A DNA stretch of 64,000 nt, from positions 86,838-150,837 of the forward strand of contig CAVQYU010000004.1 in assembly GCA_963718285.1 (NCBI GenBank), read 5' to 3'. The translations under genes were made by a program, and so were the position numbers. The notes below the pieces were generated by a model. It saw only the letters and a list, made by a program, of their open reading frames with translations. It did no database searches and was not told where the DNA came from. Shown piece after piece: positions 21,501 to 30,632 of this stretch. Every line of letters starts with the position of its first letter. The first letter of the stretch is position 1. Source of the stretch: an uncultured Chloroflexia bacterium. GTDB taxonomy: Bacteria > Chloroflexota > Limnocylindria > Limnocylindrales > CSP1-4.

Positions 21501-22814
21501 CTAGTCGTCGCCGCCGGAGCCGGCTTCGCCGTCTTCGGTCGGACCGGAACGGGCGCCCGCCTCTCCGGCTCCCGCCGTGCGCGGCCCGCCGGCGACCGGC
21601 GGCTCGGGCGCCTGGGCAATCCGGGCCTGATAGGTGGCCAGGTTGGCTCGCGTGTCATCGATCGAGTCGCCGCCGAACTTGTCGAGCACGAAGTCGGCCA
21701 GGATGAGCATGACCATGGCCTCGGCGACGACCCCGGCGGCGGGCACGACGCTGATGTCGCTCCGCTCGTAGTGAGCCTTGTCGACCGTCTCGCCGGTGAT
21801 CAGGTCGGCCGATGGCAGGGGCCGGGCCAGGGTGGAGATGGGCTTGACCGCCCCACGGACGACCAGCGGCTCGCCATTCGTGACCCCGCCGGTCAGGCCG
21901 CCGGCGTTGTTCGAGCGATGGATCCAGCGGCCACCCTCGCCCCGGCCGGCGATGACGTCATGGACGGCCGAGCCGAAGCGGCGGGTCTGCTCGAAGCCGA
22001 GCCCAAACTCCACGCCCTTGACGATGTTGATGCTCATGACCGCCGCAGCCAGGGCGGCATCGAGCCGGCGGTCCCAGTGGACGTAGCTGCCGAGGCCGAT
22101 CGGCAGGCCGTGGGCCACGACCTCGAACACGCCCCCGACGGTGTCCCCGTTCGCGCGGGCCTCGTCGATCCGGGCGATCATCCCGGCCTCCGCCTCGGGA
22201 TCCGGGCAGCGCAGCGGCAATTCGTCCGCTTCGGCCTGGCTTCGGCTGGCCCTGGCCGGATCCACGGCCACCCCACCGACCTCGGCGGTGAACGACCAGA
22301 CCTCGATGCCCAGCTCGGCCAGGAAGAGGCGAGCCACGCCGCCGGCGGCGACCCGAGCCGCCGTCTCGCGGGCGGACGCTCGCTCGAGCACGTCGCGGAC
22401 GTCGTTGAAGCCGTATTTCAAGGCGCCGGCCAGGTCGGCGTGGCCGGGCCGCACCCGGGTCACCGGGGTCGCTCGCTTGTTGCCCGCCTCGGCCAGGCCG
22501 GCCAGCTCGTCGGCCTCGGCGGCACCGAGCGGCTCGACCTGCATGACTCGGGTCCAATTCTCCCAGTCCCGATTGCGGACCAGGAGCAGGATCGGTGAAC
22601 CAAGCGTTCGACCGTGGCGAACGCCGGCCAGGATCTCGGCCCGGTCGTGCTCGATCGCCTGGCGGGCACCGCGCCCGTAGCCGCGCTGGCGGCGGGCCAG
22701 GTCGAGCGCGATCGCGTCGGCGGTCACGGTCAGACCGGCGGGCACCCCTTCCAGCGTTACCCCGAGGGCCGGTCCGTGCGACTCGCCGGCCGTCAGGAAC
22801 CGGAGCCGGCCCAT
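21501..22814 (-). CDS. aroC: Chorismate synthase (437 aa, intact, C-terminal Gly/Ala/Glu-rich extension)
   Basis: MGRLRFLTAGESHGPALGVTLEGVPAGL...DLARRQRGYGRGARQAIEHDRAEILAGVRHGRTLGSPI...GHADLAGALKYGFNDVRDVLERASARETAARVAAG...GDTVGGVFEVVAHGLPIGLGSYVHWDRRLDAALAAAVMSINIVKGVEFGLGFE. Confidence 0.9.
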   Translation of the reverse strand: MGRLRFLTAGESHGPALGVTLEGVPAGLTVTADAIALDLARRQRGYGRGARQAIEHDRAEILAGVRHGRTLGSPILLLVRNRDWENWTRVMQVEPLGAAEADELAGLAEAGNKRATPVTRVRPGHADLAGALKYGFNDVRDVLERASARETAARVAAGGVARLFLAELGIEVWSFTAEVGGVAVDPARASRSQAEADELPLRCPDPEAEAGMIARIDEARANGDTVGGVFEVVAHGLPIGLGSYVHWDRRLDAALAAAVMSINIVKGVEFGLGFEQTRRFGSAVHDVIAGRGEGGRWIHRSNNAGGLTGGVTNGEPLVVRGAVKPISTLARPLPSADLITGETVDKAHYERSDISVVPAAGVVAEAMVMLILADFVLDKFGGDSIDDTRANLATYQARIAQAPEPPVAGGPRTAGAGEAGARSGPTEDGEAGSGGDD

Positions 22815-23700
22815 CTAGGCCTCCGCGGCCACGCCGGTCGGCTCGCCCTCGGCCGACTCGATCCCCTCCGCCCGGGCCGCCGTGAGGGCGCCCTCCATGA
22901 CCTCCAGCGGAGCCGGCTGCCCGGTCCACAGGGTGAAGGCCGCGGCGCCCTGGTGGAGGAGCATCGTCGCCCCATCGGCCACGGTGGCGCCATTCGCCGC
23001 GGCATCCCGGAGCAGCTGGGTCCGGCGGTAGATCAGGTCCAGCACGAGCAGGTCGGCCGGGATGATCTCGCCGGGGATGGGCGATTCGTCACCGTGCAGG
23101 CCGATCGATGTCGCGTTGACCAGGACCTTGGTCTTGGCCAGCTCGGCCTCGATGATCGACTCGTGCCAGGGCATCGCCTTGAGCTCCATGTGGGCGGCAC
23201 TCTTGCCAAAGAACTTGACCAGCGACTCAGCCCGATGCAGGTGGCGATTGAAGACGATGATCCGGATGAAGCCGGCCGTGATCAGGCCGTGGATCACCGC
23301 CCGGCTGCCGCCCCCGGCCCCGAACACGACCGCCTGGCGGGGCATCTTCTGGCGGCCGACCAGCTTGTCGATCGCCTGCTTGAAGCCGGGCACATCGGTG
23401 TTGTGGCCGATCAGGCGCTTGCCCTCGCGGGTGATCGTGTTGACCGCGCCCGTGGCGTGGGCGTCCTCGGTCAGGCGATCGACCAGGGGCACCACCCGCT
23501 CCTTGTGCGGGATCGTGACGTTGGCGCCCAGGAACTCGTCCGAGCGCAGCTCGGCGATGGCGTCGGCCAGGTTGATCGGGGGCCGATCCCAGAGCTCATA
23601 GCGGGCATCGATCCCGAGCGAATCGAAAGCGGCCTGCTGCATCGCCCCGGACAGCGAATGATTGACCGGATGGCCGATCAGGACGACCCGCTTGGTCATG
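22815..23700 (-). CDS. aroE: Shikimate dehydrogenase (NADP+)
   Basis: [89 protein letters not shown]...GHNTDVPGFKQAI...QAVVFGAGGGSRAVIHGL. Confidence 0.85.
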
Positions 23701-25085
23701 CTCGCACTCCTTCGAGTACCGCGAAGAACCCGGGATAGGAGATCGACGCGCAGCCCGGATCGCTGATCGTCGTGGCGCCCGTGGCGATGAGCCCGGCAAT
23801 GGCGAAGGTCATGGCCAGGCGATGGTCGGAGCAGCTGTCGGTGGAGGCGCCAACCAGCGTGGTCGGCCCGGTGATCAACAGGTCGTCGCCGTCTACCGTG
23901 ACGTCCGCGCCGAGTGCGCGCAGCCCGCGGGCAATCCCGGCGATCCGGTCGGACTCCTTGGTCCGCAGCTCGCCCGCGCCCCGGATCGTGGTCGTGCCGC
24001 GGGCCTGGCTGGCGGCCAGGCACAGGATCGGGATCTCATCGATCGCCTGGGCCACGTCGGCCGCTGAGACGTCGATCGCCTGGAGCTGACTCGAGCTGGC
24101 CGTGAGGTTGGCCAGCGGCTCGCCGGTCTGGGCGTCGTGCCTCGCGCCCGCGATCGGCTCCTCCTCGATCCGGGCGCCCATCGGACGAGGAGGTCGATGA
24201 TCGCCCGGCGGGTGGGGTTGACACCGACGCCGGCAAGCTCAGCCGGCGTCGGGGTGGATCGCGCCGGCGACCAGCCAGAAGGCGGCGGCCGACGGATCAG
24301 CGGGCACGACCTCGTCCAGCGGTTGCACGGACCCGCCGCCGGCTCCAGACTGACCGACACCTGCCCGTCCCTCGATTGCTCGCTCAGCACCGCGATCCCG
24401 CGCGCCCGGAGCATCCGCTCGGTGTGATCGCGGGTCGCGACCGCTTCGCGCACCGTGCGTCCGGCCCTCCGCCGCGCAGGGCGGCGAGCAGGATGGCCGA
24501 CTTCACCTGGGCGCTGGGGACGCCGTCATAGAACTGTCGATCGCCCGGAGCGGGGTGTGACCGACCACGGTCATCGGCAGGAGGGTGTTGGACCGGCGCG
24601 CGTGGACTTCGGCACCCATCGCTCGCAGTGGCTCGATGATACGGGCGAGGGGTCGTCGGCGCAACGAGGCGTCGCCGTCGAGGACGTGGTAGCCGGGCAG
24701 CCCGGCCAGGATCCCGGCGATCAGCCGGGTGGTCGTCCCGGAGTTGCCGCAATCGAGGATCCCGTCCGGCCTCGTGAAGCCCGTCGATGCCCGGCGAGAC
24801 GACCAGGTAGTCGACCCGGCGGCCGTCACCGGCCCGCCGCTCGACGCTCGCTCCGAGCTGGCTGATCAGGCCGGCGGTGGTCCGCACGTCGGCGCCGTCG
24901 CCGGCTGCATGGATCTCCGAGCGCGCCGTTGGCCAGCGGCGGCCAGGAGCAGGGCCCGATGGCTGATCGACTTGTCGCCGGGCAGGCCGGGGCTGGCCGC
25001 GCAGGCGGGCGGCGGGGCGGACGCCGGCCACGTCCGGCTCTGGCCCGCCGGCCAGGTTGGGCTGGATCACGGCGGTCATTGCCTG
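23696..25085 (-). CDS. aroA: 3-phosphoshikimate 1-carboxyvinyltransferase (EPSP synthase); several apparent frameshifts; start approximate
   Basis: ...[48 protein letters not shown]...; ...[14 protein letters not shown]...; C-terminal ...[54 protein letters not shown]...[39 protein letters not shown], in 3 frames. Confidence 0.8.
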
Positions 25086-25094
25086 GCCCCGCCG

Positions 25095-26154
25095 ACCTTG
25101 AGCACGGCGTTCGGCAGGACCGGATCGCCGTGGCAGGTCGCCAACCTGGGCGTGGACGGCCCGCAGGCCGGTCATCAGGTCGGCGAACTGGTCGAGGGTG
25201 ATCGACTGCTCGCCGTCGGACAGCGCCTCGTCCGGCCGCGGGTGGACCTCGACCATGACCCCGTCGGCGCCCGCCGCCACCCCGGCCATGGACATCGGCT
25301 TGATCAGCCAGCGCTTGCCGGTCGCGTGGGACGGGTCGACGATCACCGGCAGGTGGGTCAGGTGGTGGAGGAGAGGCACGGCCGCCAGGTCGAGCGTGTT
25401 GCGGGTGTACGTCTCGAAGGTGCGGATGCCCCGCTCGCACAGGATCACGTTCGGGATTGCCCGAGCTGACGATGTACTCGGCGGACATCAGCCACTCCTC
25501 GATCGTGGCCCCGTAGCCGCGCTTGAGCATGACCGGCCGGCTGACCCGGCCGACGGCCGTCAGGAGCGAGTAGTTCTGCATGTTCCGGGTGCCGACCTGG
25601 AGGATGTCGGCGTACTCGGCCACGATGTCGACCTGGTTCGGCTCCATCACCTCGGTGATGACCGGCAGGCCGGTCGCGCTCGCGCTCCTCGGCCAGGTAG
25701 CGCAGGCCTTCGACGCCCAGGCCCTGGAAGGAGTAGGGGCTGGTGCGCGGCTTGAAGGCACCGCCCCGGATGATCGTGGCCCCGGCGGCGATTGACCCCG
25801 TCGACCGTCTCCCGGAGCTGCTCCCGGCTCTCGATCGAGCAGGGCCCGGCCATCACCGTCAGGCCTGCCGTCGCCGATCGACCGCGTCGAGGATCCGGAT
25901 GACCGTGTCCTCGGGATGGAACTCGCGCGAGGTAAGCTTGAACGGGCGGCTGATCGGGGTGACCGTCTCGACCCCGCCGAGCGCCTCCAGGCGGCTGATC
26001 AGGACCGGCTTGCGGGCGCCGATCTCGCCGACGACGGCGATCACGACGCGCTGCTCGCCGACGTGGTCGTACGGCTGAGTCCCTCGGCCAGGATCAGGCT
26101 CTTGACCGCGTTCGCCTCGGCCGGAGTGGCCGTGGCACTCATCACCACGAACAT
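25095..26154 (-). CDS. aroG: DAHP synthase, type I-beta, with an N-terminal FL regulatory domain (Thermotoga DAHPS architecture); apparent frameshifts; boundaries approximate
   Basis: N-terminal [26 protein letters not shown]...[57 protein letters not shown]. Core [13 protein letters not shown]...[72 protein letters not shown]...[81 protein letters not shown]. Confidence 0.8.
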
Positions 26155-26215
26155 CGCTGCTGCGCGTCCTTTCGCGTCGGTTCAGGGCTGCTGCGCGCTG
26201 GCCGGACCTCGCTCG

Positions 26216-26250
26216 GCCAACAAAAAAAGCAGAGGTCTGACCTCTGCTCA
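26216..26250 (-). terminator. Intrinsic terminator (attenuator) between the aro leader peptide and the DAHP synthase start
   Basis: Minus-strand sequence gggatgaGCAGAGGTCagaCCTCTGCTTTTTTTgttgg: a 9-bp GC-rich hairpin immediately followed by T7, ~45 nt upstream of the DAHPS start codon. Confidence 0.6.
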
Positions 26251-26294
26251 TCCCGGCACGACCCGTGCTCCCGGGTCTCAGTCTCCGGGTTCGG

Positions 26295-26333
26295 TCATGC
26301 CGGGCGTTGGTAGGTAAAAAAGAGGGTGTGCAT
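26295..26333 (-). promoter_or_regulatory. Candidate aro operon leader peptide (12 aa) rich in Phe/Tyr: MHTLFFTYQRPA
   Basis: Minus-strand atg cac acc ctc ttt ttt acc tac caa cgc ccg gca tga. GGAG is 6 nt upstream of the ATG. The stop lies ~45 nt upstream of the terminator hairpin. Confidence 0.55.
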
Positions 26334-26345
26334 GTGCGTCTCCGA

Positions 26346-26375
26346 ACGGTAGTCGAGGGCGAGCGCCGCTGTCAA
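26346..26375 (-). promoter_or_regulatory. Candidate sigma-70-like promoter for the aro leader/operon
   Basis: Minus-strand TTGACA (26375-26370), an 18-nt spacer, then TACCGT (26351-26346). The -10 is very close to the leader ATG, so the leader would be nearly leaderless. Speculative. Confidence 0.3.
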
Positions 26376-26696
26376 CGCGCGTAGCGTGCGAGTCCTTGGC
26401 CCGTCGCCGGTTTCTGTGCGTGTCGTGGCCGGCCGAGCCTCGCTGGTGCTCGCCACGCGACAAAAGGCGCCGGGCCGACCGAGCCGACCCTCTTTTGAGC
26501 CCGCGCGGCGCCAATCATGCACGACCTGAGCGTGGTTCGGGACAGGTTCGCGACCCGGCCTGGCCAACGCGTGCTCCGGCGAGTCGAATCGCGGCGTTTG
26601 TCGCACCCCACGCACCGTCGTGGCCGTCGCGGCCCGTCCGGACCCGCCCCCAAGTCGCCCTCGGACCTCATGCTATTCTGGCCGCCGCGGTTCCGC

Positions 26697-26788
26697 GGAG
26701 AGGTCGCATAGAGGCCTAGTGCAGCGGTTTGCTAAACCGCCAAGTGGGGTAACCTGCTTCGAGGGTTCGAATCCCTCCCTCTCCGCCA
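26697..26788 (+). tRNA. tRNA-Ser(GCU), type II
   Basis: ggagaggtcgcatagaggcctagtgcagcggttTGCTaaaccgcc...gagggttcgaatccctccctctccgcca. Anticodon loop uuGCUaa. Confidence 0.8.
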
Positions 26789-26798
26789 CTCTCGCATT

Positions 26799-26874
26799 GC
26801 GCCCGTAGCTCAGCGGATAGAGCGTTAGGTTGCGGACCTAAAGGTCGTGGGTTCGAGTCCCGCCGGGCGCGCCA
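26799..26874 (+). tRNA. tRNA-Arg with anticodon GCG as read (unusual; ACG expected)
   Basis: gcgcccgtagctcagcggatagagcgttaggTTGCGGAcctaaaggtcgtgggttcgagtcccgccgggcgcgcca. The cloverleaf folds cleanly: anticodon stem ttagg/cctaa, loop uuGCGga. Confidence 0.7.
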
Positions 26875-27262
26875 GCATCTCCCCATCGGGCCCGCCATCC
26901 TTGGGTCCCAAGCTGCACCCTGCCAAGGCCTGGTTCTGGGTCCTACCTCCCGCACTCAGGCTGCGGCCTGACCCTTAGCCACGCTCGATGCGATTCCAGC
27001 GCGCGCCCAACGTGCGCCCCGGAGCCCGACCTGCGTCCGGAGCGCCCTGGTGTGCGTCCGGCGCGCGTAGCTCACCAGGGCCGGCCCCGATTGGTCGTCC
27101 GGTTGCCCCGGACGCACGAGCTCGCCCGATCCAGGTCGAATTTGGTCGAATCTGTGCACGGCACGCACGAAATCGACTAGACATCGGGGAAACACGTCAG
27201 TTGTGCGCTTCACACGCACGTCTACCCGGCCACGACCTGAGGCCGCCGGCCTGACCTCCGGC

Positions 27263-28132
27263 TCAGGTGGCCGCCAGCATGATGTGGGCGATCGAGCCGA
27301 CCCGCAGGCCATCGCGTCGCCCGTCGAAATAGCGCTGGTTGATGGCCCGGCCGTCGAGATCCACGATCCGGTTGGCCCCCAGCGAGGCGAGTCCCTGCTG
27401 CAGCTCATCCGGATCGAAGAATGCCGTCCAGGGCTCGCCTGCCCGGCCGACGCGGTTGGCGAAGCGCGACACGATCAGCCGCTCGATCGGATTGAGCCGG
27501 CCCGGCGAGAGCGCGTAGTCGAACACGACCGCGCTGCCTGGCGGGCGGTCCATCAGGTAGCCGAGGACCGACCAGACCGACGACTCGGCCAGGTACATCG
27601 TGACCCCTAGCCAGGCGAAGATGGCCGGTTCGTCCGGGCGAAAGCCGGCGGCCAGCAGCTCATGGTCGAGGCGCTGCTGGTCGAAGTCGACGGCGACGAA
27701 GGTCACGCCGGCTGAGTCGTCCGGGAGCCCGATCCCGGCCATGTGCAGGCAGGCCCGCTTCCAGGCTTGGGTGGCCGGGTGGTCGACCTCGAAGACGTGC
27801 ACATGGGCCAGCGGATTGCGATAGGCGAACGTGTCCAGACCGGCACCCAGGACGACGTACTGGCGGACGCCGCCCGCCGCGGCGGCCAGGGTGTCTTCGG
27901 CATAGCGACTGCGGGCAACAAGGAAGGCTCGCAACGCCCGGGCCACCGGCTGCTGCTCGGGGCTGGGCGGGAAGCGACGCCTGGCCCGCTCCTCGAGAGC
28001 CGCCCGCTCGCCGGCTCCGATGATTCGGAGAGCGAGGGGATCGTCGAGGACCAGGGGGTCGTCGAGCAGCTGGTGGGCCGCCCGCCGCCGCGCGACGCCG
28101 AGGGCCGTTCGGCTGGGTCGAGCCGGGATCAT
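27263..28132 (-). CDS. Class I SAM-dependent methyltransferase (LCM/O-methyltransferase-like, mycobacterial Mb/ML-type family), intact
   Basis: 289 aa: ...RSRYAEDTLAAAAGGVRQYVVLGAGLDTFAYR...VHVFEVDHPATQAWKRACL...VTFVAVDFDQ...PAIFAWLGVTMYLAE... Confidence 0.65.
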   Translation of the reverse strand: MIPARPSRTALGVARRRAAHQLLDDPLVLDDPLALRIIGAGERAALEERARRRFPPSPEQQPVARALRAFLVARSRYAEDTLAAAAGGVRQYVVLGAGLDTFAYRNPLAHVHVFEVDHPATQAWKRACLHMAGIGLPDDSAGVTFVAVDFDQQRLDHELLAAGFRPDEPAIFAWLGVTMYLAESSVWSVLGYLMDRPPGSAVVFDYALSPGRLNPIERLIVSRFANRVGRAGEPWTAFFDPDELQQGLASLGANRIVDLDGRAINQRYFDGRRDGLRVGSIAHIMLAAT

Positions 28133-28298
28133 CGGACGAGCCTAGCCTGCCTGCCTGGCCCGACTCACGCTGGGTGCCTCGCCGCCGGTGCCCGGGCTCA
28201 CCGCGGCCGGTGCCCGGGGACACCGCCACACCGCCCCGGTGGCTTGCGTCAATGTCGTCGACTGGCCGACCATCCCGTCAGCCCCAGCACGAGCCCAG

Positions 28299-30621
28299 AT
28301 GCCCAACCGCCCTGCTCACACCACATCGATCGTCGACCGGACCCGGCGGCTCCTGTCCACGGCCCTGCCTCGCGGCGCCCTGATCCTGTCGGTCCTCACC
28401 TTCGCGGGCTACCTCATGGGCCTGGTCCGGGACCGGATCTTTGCCCACACGTTTGGCGCCGGGCCTCGAGCTGGACGCCTACAACGCCGCGTTCATCCTG
28501 CCTGAGCTGGCCCTCGATGTCCTCGTGGCGGGCGGCCTGATCGCGCCGTTCGTGCCGATCTTTGTCGGCCTGCGCTCGGAGGCGGCCGAAGCCGCCGCTG
28601 CCTTCGGTCGGACGATCCTGACCCTGGCCATCGTGGTGATGGCGATCGCGGCGGGCCTCCTGTTCATCTTCGCCCCGCAAACGGTCGACCTGATCGCCCC
28701 GGGCTTCCAGCCGGACCAGCGGGCGATGTACGTCGAGCTGTTCCGGATCATGTGCATCACGCCGGTGATCTTCGCGGCCTCCCTGGTCCTGGGCGAGATC
28801 CTGGTCTCGGAACGCAGCTTCGTGGCGTACGGCCTGGCGCCCCTGATGTACAACGCCGGGATCGTCGCCGGGACGCTCGTCCTCGGCCCGCGCTACGGCG
28901 TCTTCGGGGCTGCGGTCGGGGCAGTGATCGGGGCACTCGGCCACCTGGCCGTCCGGCCATCGGGATCTGGCGGGTCCAGTTCCGGCCAAGGCCCAGCCTG
29001 GCCCTCCGGACCAAGGGGGTCGGCGAGTTCCTGCGACTGATGTTGCCCAAGATGATCAGCCACCCGGTCGAGCCCCTGATGTTCCTGTACTTCACCGCGC
29101 TGGCCTCGACCCTCGAGCCTGGCTCCGTCACCTCGCTCAGCTTTGCCCACAACTTCCAGAGCGTGCCGGTCAGCCTGATCGGGGCCTCATTTGCGATCGC
29201 CGCGTTTCCCGTCCTGTCGGCGTCTGCAGCCGCCGGTGACCGACCGGCGTTCGTCCGCCAGTTCCGGACGAGCCTGATCACGATCACCCTCCTGACCACA
29301 GTCGCGGCAATCGGCCTGTTCCTGGTCAGCGAGGTGGCCATCCGGGTGCTCCTCGGCGGCGGCGCATTCGACGATGCCGACGTTGCCCGGACGAGCGGGA
29401 TCCTGGCTGTCTTCGCGCTCTCGGTTCCGCTGGAGAGCGTGATCCAGCTCGTCAGCCGGGCGATCTACGCGACCCACAACACGATCGTGCCACGGTCGCC
29501 TCGATCGCCGGCTTCATTGCCACGGTCATCGTGGCCGAGCTGCTGGTGGCCCCGATCGGAGTGGCCGCGATTCCCGCTGCGTTCGCCGCGGGCCTGGCCG
29601 TCGAGCTGGCGATCATGGCTGTCGGCCTCGTCCCGCGCATGGCCCGGATCGGGACCCGGCCGGCGGCCGCCCGGCGAATCAGCCCGTCCGGCGTCCGGAC
29701 ATCTGGCCGCCGGTCGCGGTCCGGCCGCGGCTCGGGCGGGCCGTCGGCGATCGCCCTGGGGGTCGTGCTCCTGGGCGCCGGCGCGGTCTACGCCACCGAC
29801 CTGACCCTGACGAGCGGGGCGACGATCGCGGTCGACCCACTGGTGACGCCCTGGGCGCGCCCGGACGCCCTGATCCCGTCGAGCCAGCCGACAGCCGATC
29901 CGGCGACGGTCCTCCCGAGCGCCGGCTCGCCCTCGGCCCGACCCGGCTCGAGCCCGGGCCCGGGCGCCGGTCCCGGCGGGTCGCCCGCGGCGAGCCCGGC
30001 GCCATCAGCCTCACCATCAGCCAGGCCCGGGCCCATTCGCGATGGACCTCTATCGCAAGGGCGACTACGTGGGTGAGCTGAAGGACACCTGGTGCGTGCC
30101 GGCCGCGATGCAGACGTCGATGAACATCATGAATACCGCCGCCGACACGAGCCAGCGCACCCAGGCCCGGATCTTCGCCCTGGCTCGTTCGATCGCGCCG
30201 GCGCCCGACGGGGCGGCCGAGCCGGAAGCCTGGGCGACCGGCCTGACGCGAGCTCGGCTACGGCAACTACCAGGTGACCCAGAAGGCTTCGGTCGCGGAG
30301 GCGATCCACCTCGCCGCGCGCCAGGTCCGGCTGACCAATCGGCCGGCGGGCCTGATGGTCTGGCGGGGCGCTCATTCGTGGGTGATGTCGGGCTTCACCG
30401 CCACGGCCGACCCGGCGGTCAACCCCAACTTCACGGTCATCGCCGTCCGGATCGAGGACGTCTGGTATCCGCGCTTCTCCTCGATCTGGGGCTACTCGCG
30501 GCCGCCGGATTCGCTGGTCCCCGTGGCCGCCCTGGCCCGCGACTACCTGCCCTGGAAGCGTCCGACCGGGGCGTATCCGGCCAAGGATGGCAAGTTCGTC
30601 CTGGTGATCCCGACGACCTGA
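28299..30621 (+). CDS. murJ: MurJ/MviN lipid II flippase with a long C-terminal extension (linker, extra TM, Pro/Ser-rich spacer, papain/C39-like domain); apparent frameshifts; may be two genes
   Basis: MPNRPAHTTSIVDRTRRLLSTALPRGALILSVLTFAGYLMGLVRDRIFAHTFGAGPELDAYNAAFILPELALDVLVAGGLIAPFVPIF...GLAPLMYNAGIVAGTLVLGP... (MviN). Then ...GGPSAIALGVVLLGAGAVYA (TM), an (S/P/A)n spacer, DLYRKGDYVGELKDTWCVPAAMQTSMNIMN...WRGAHSWVMSGFTA...DVWYPRF. Confidence 0.6.
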
Positions 30622-30632
30622 GCGACGCCGGC

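Noticed and set aside
26875-27262. Integrated mobile element at the tRNA-Ser/tRNA-Arg 3' flank.
   Set aside because: No integrase or transposase ORF, no duplicated tRNA 3' end, and no compositional shift. Only a small inverted-repeat-containing spacer was seen, and it is kept as a low-interest finding.
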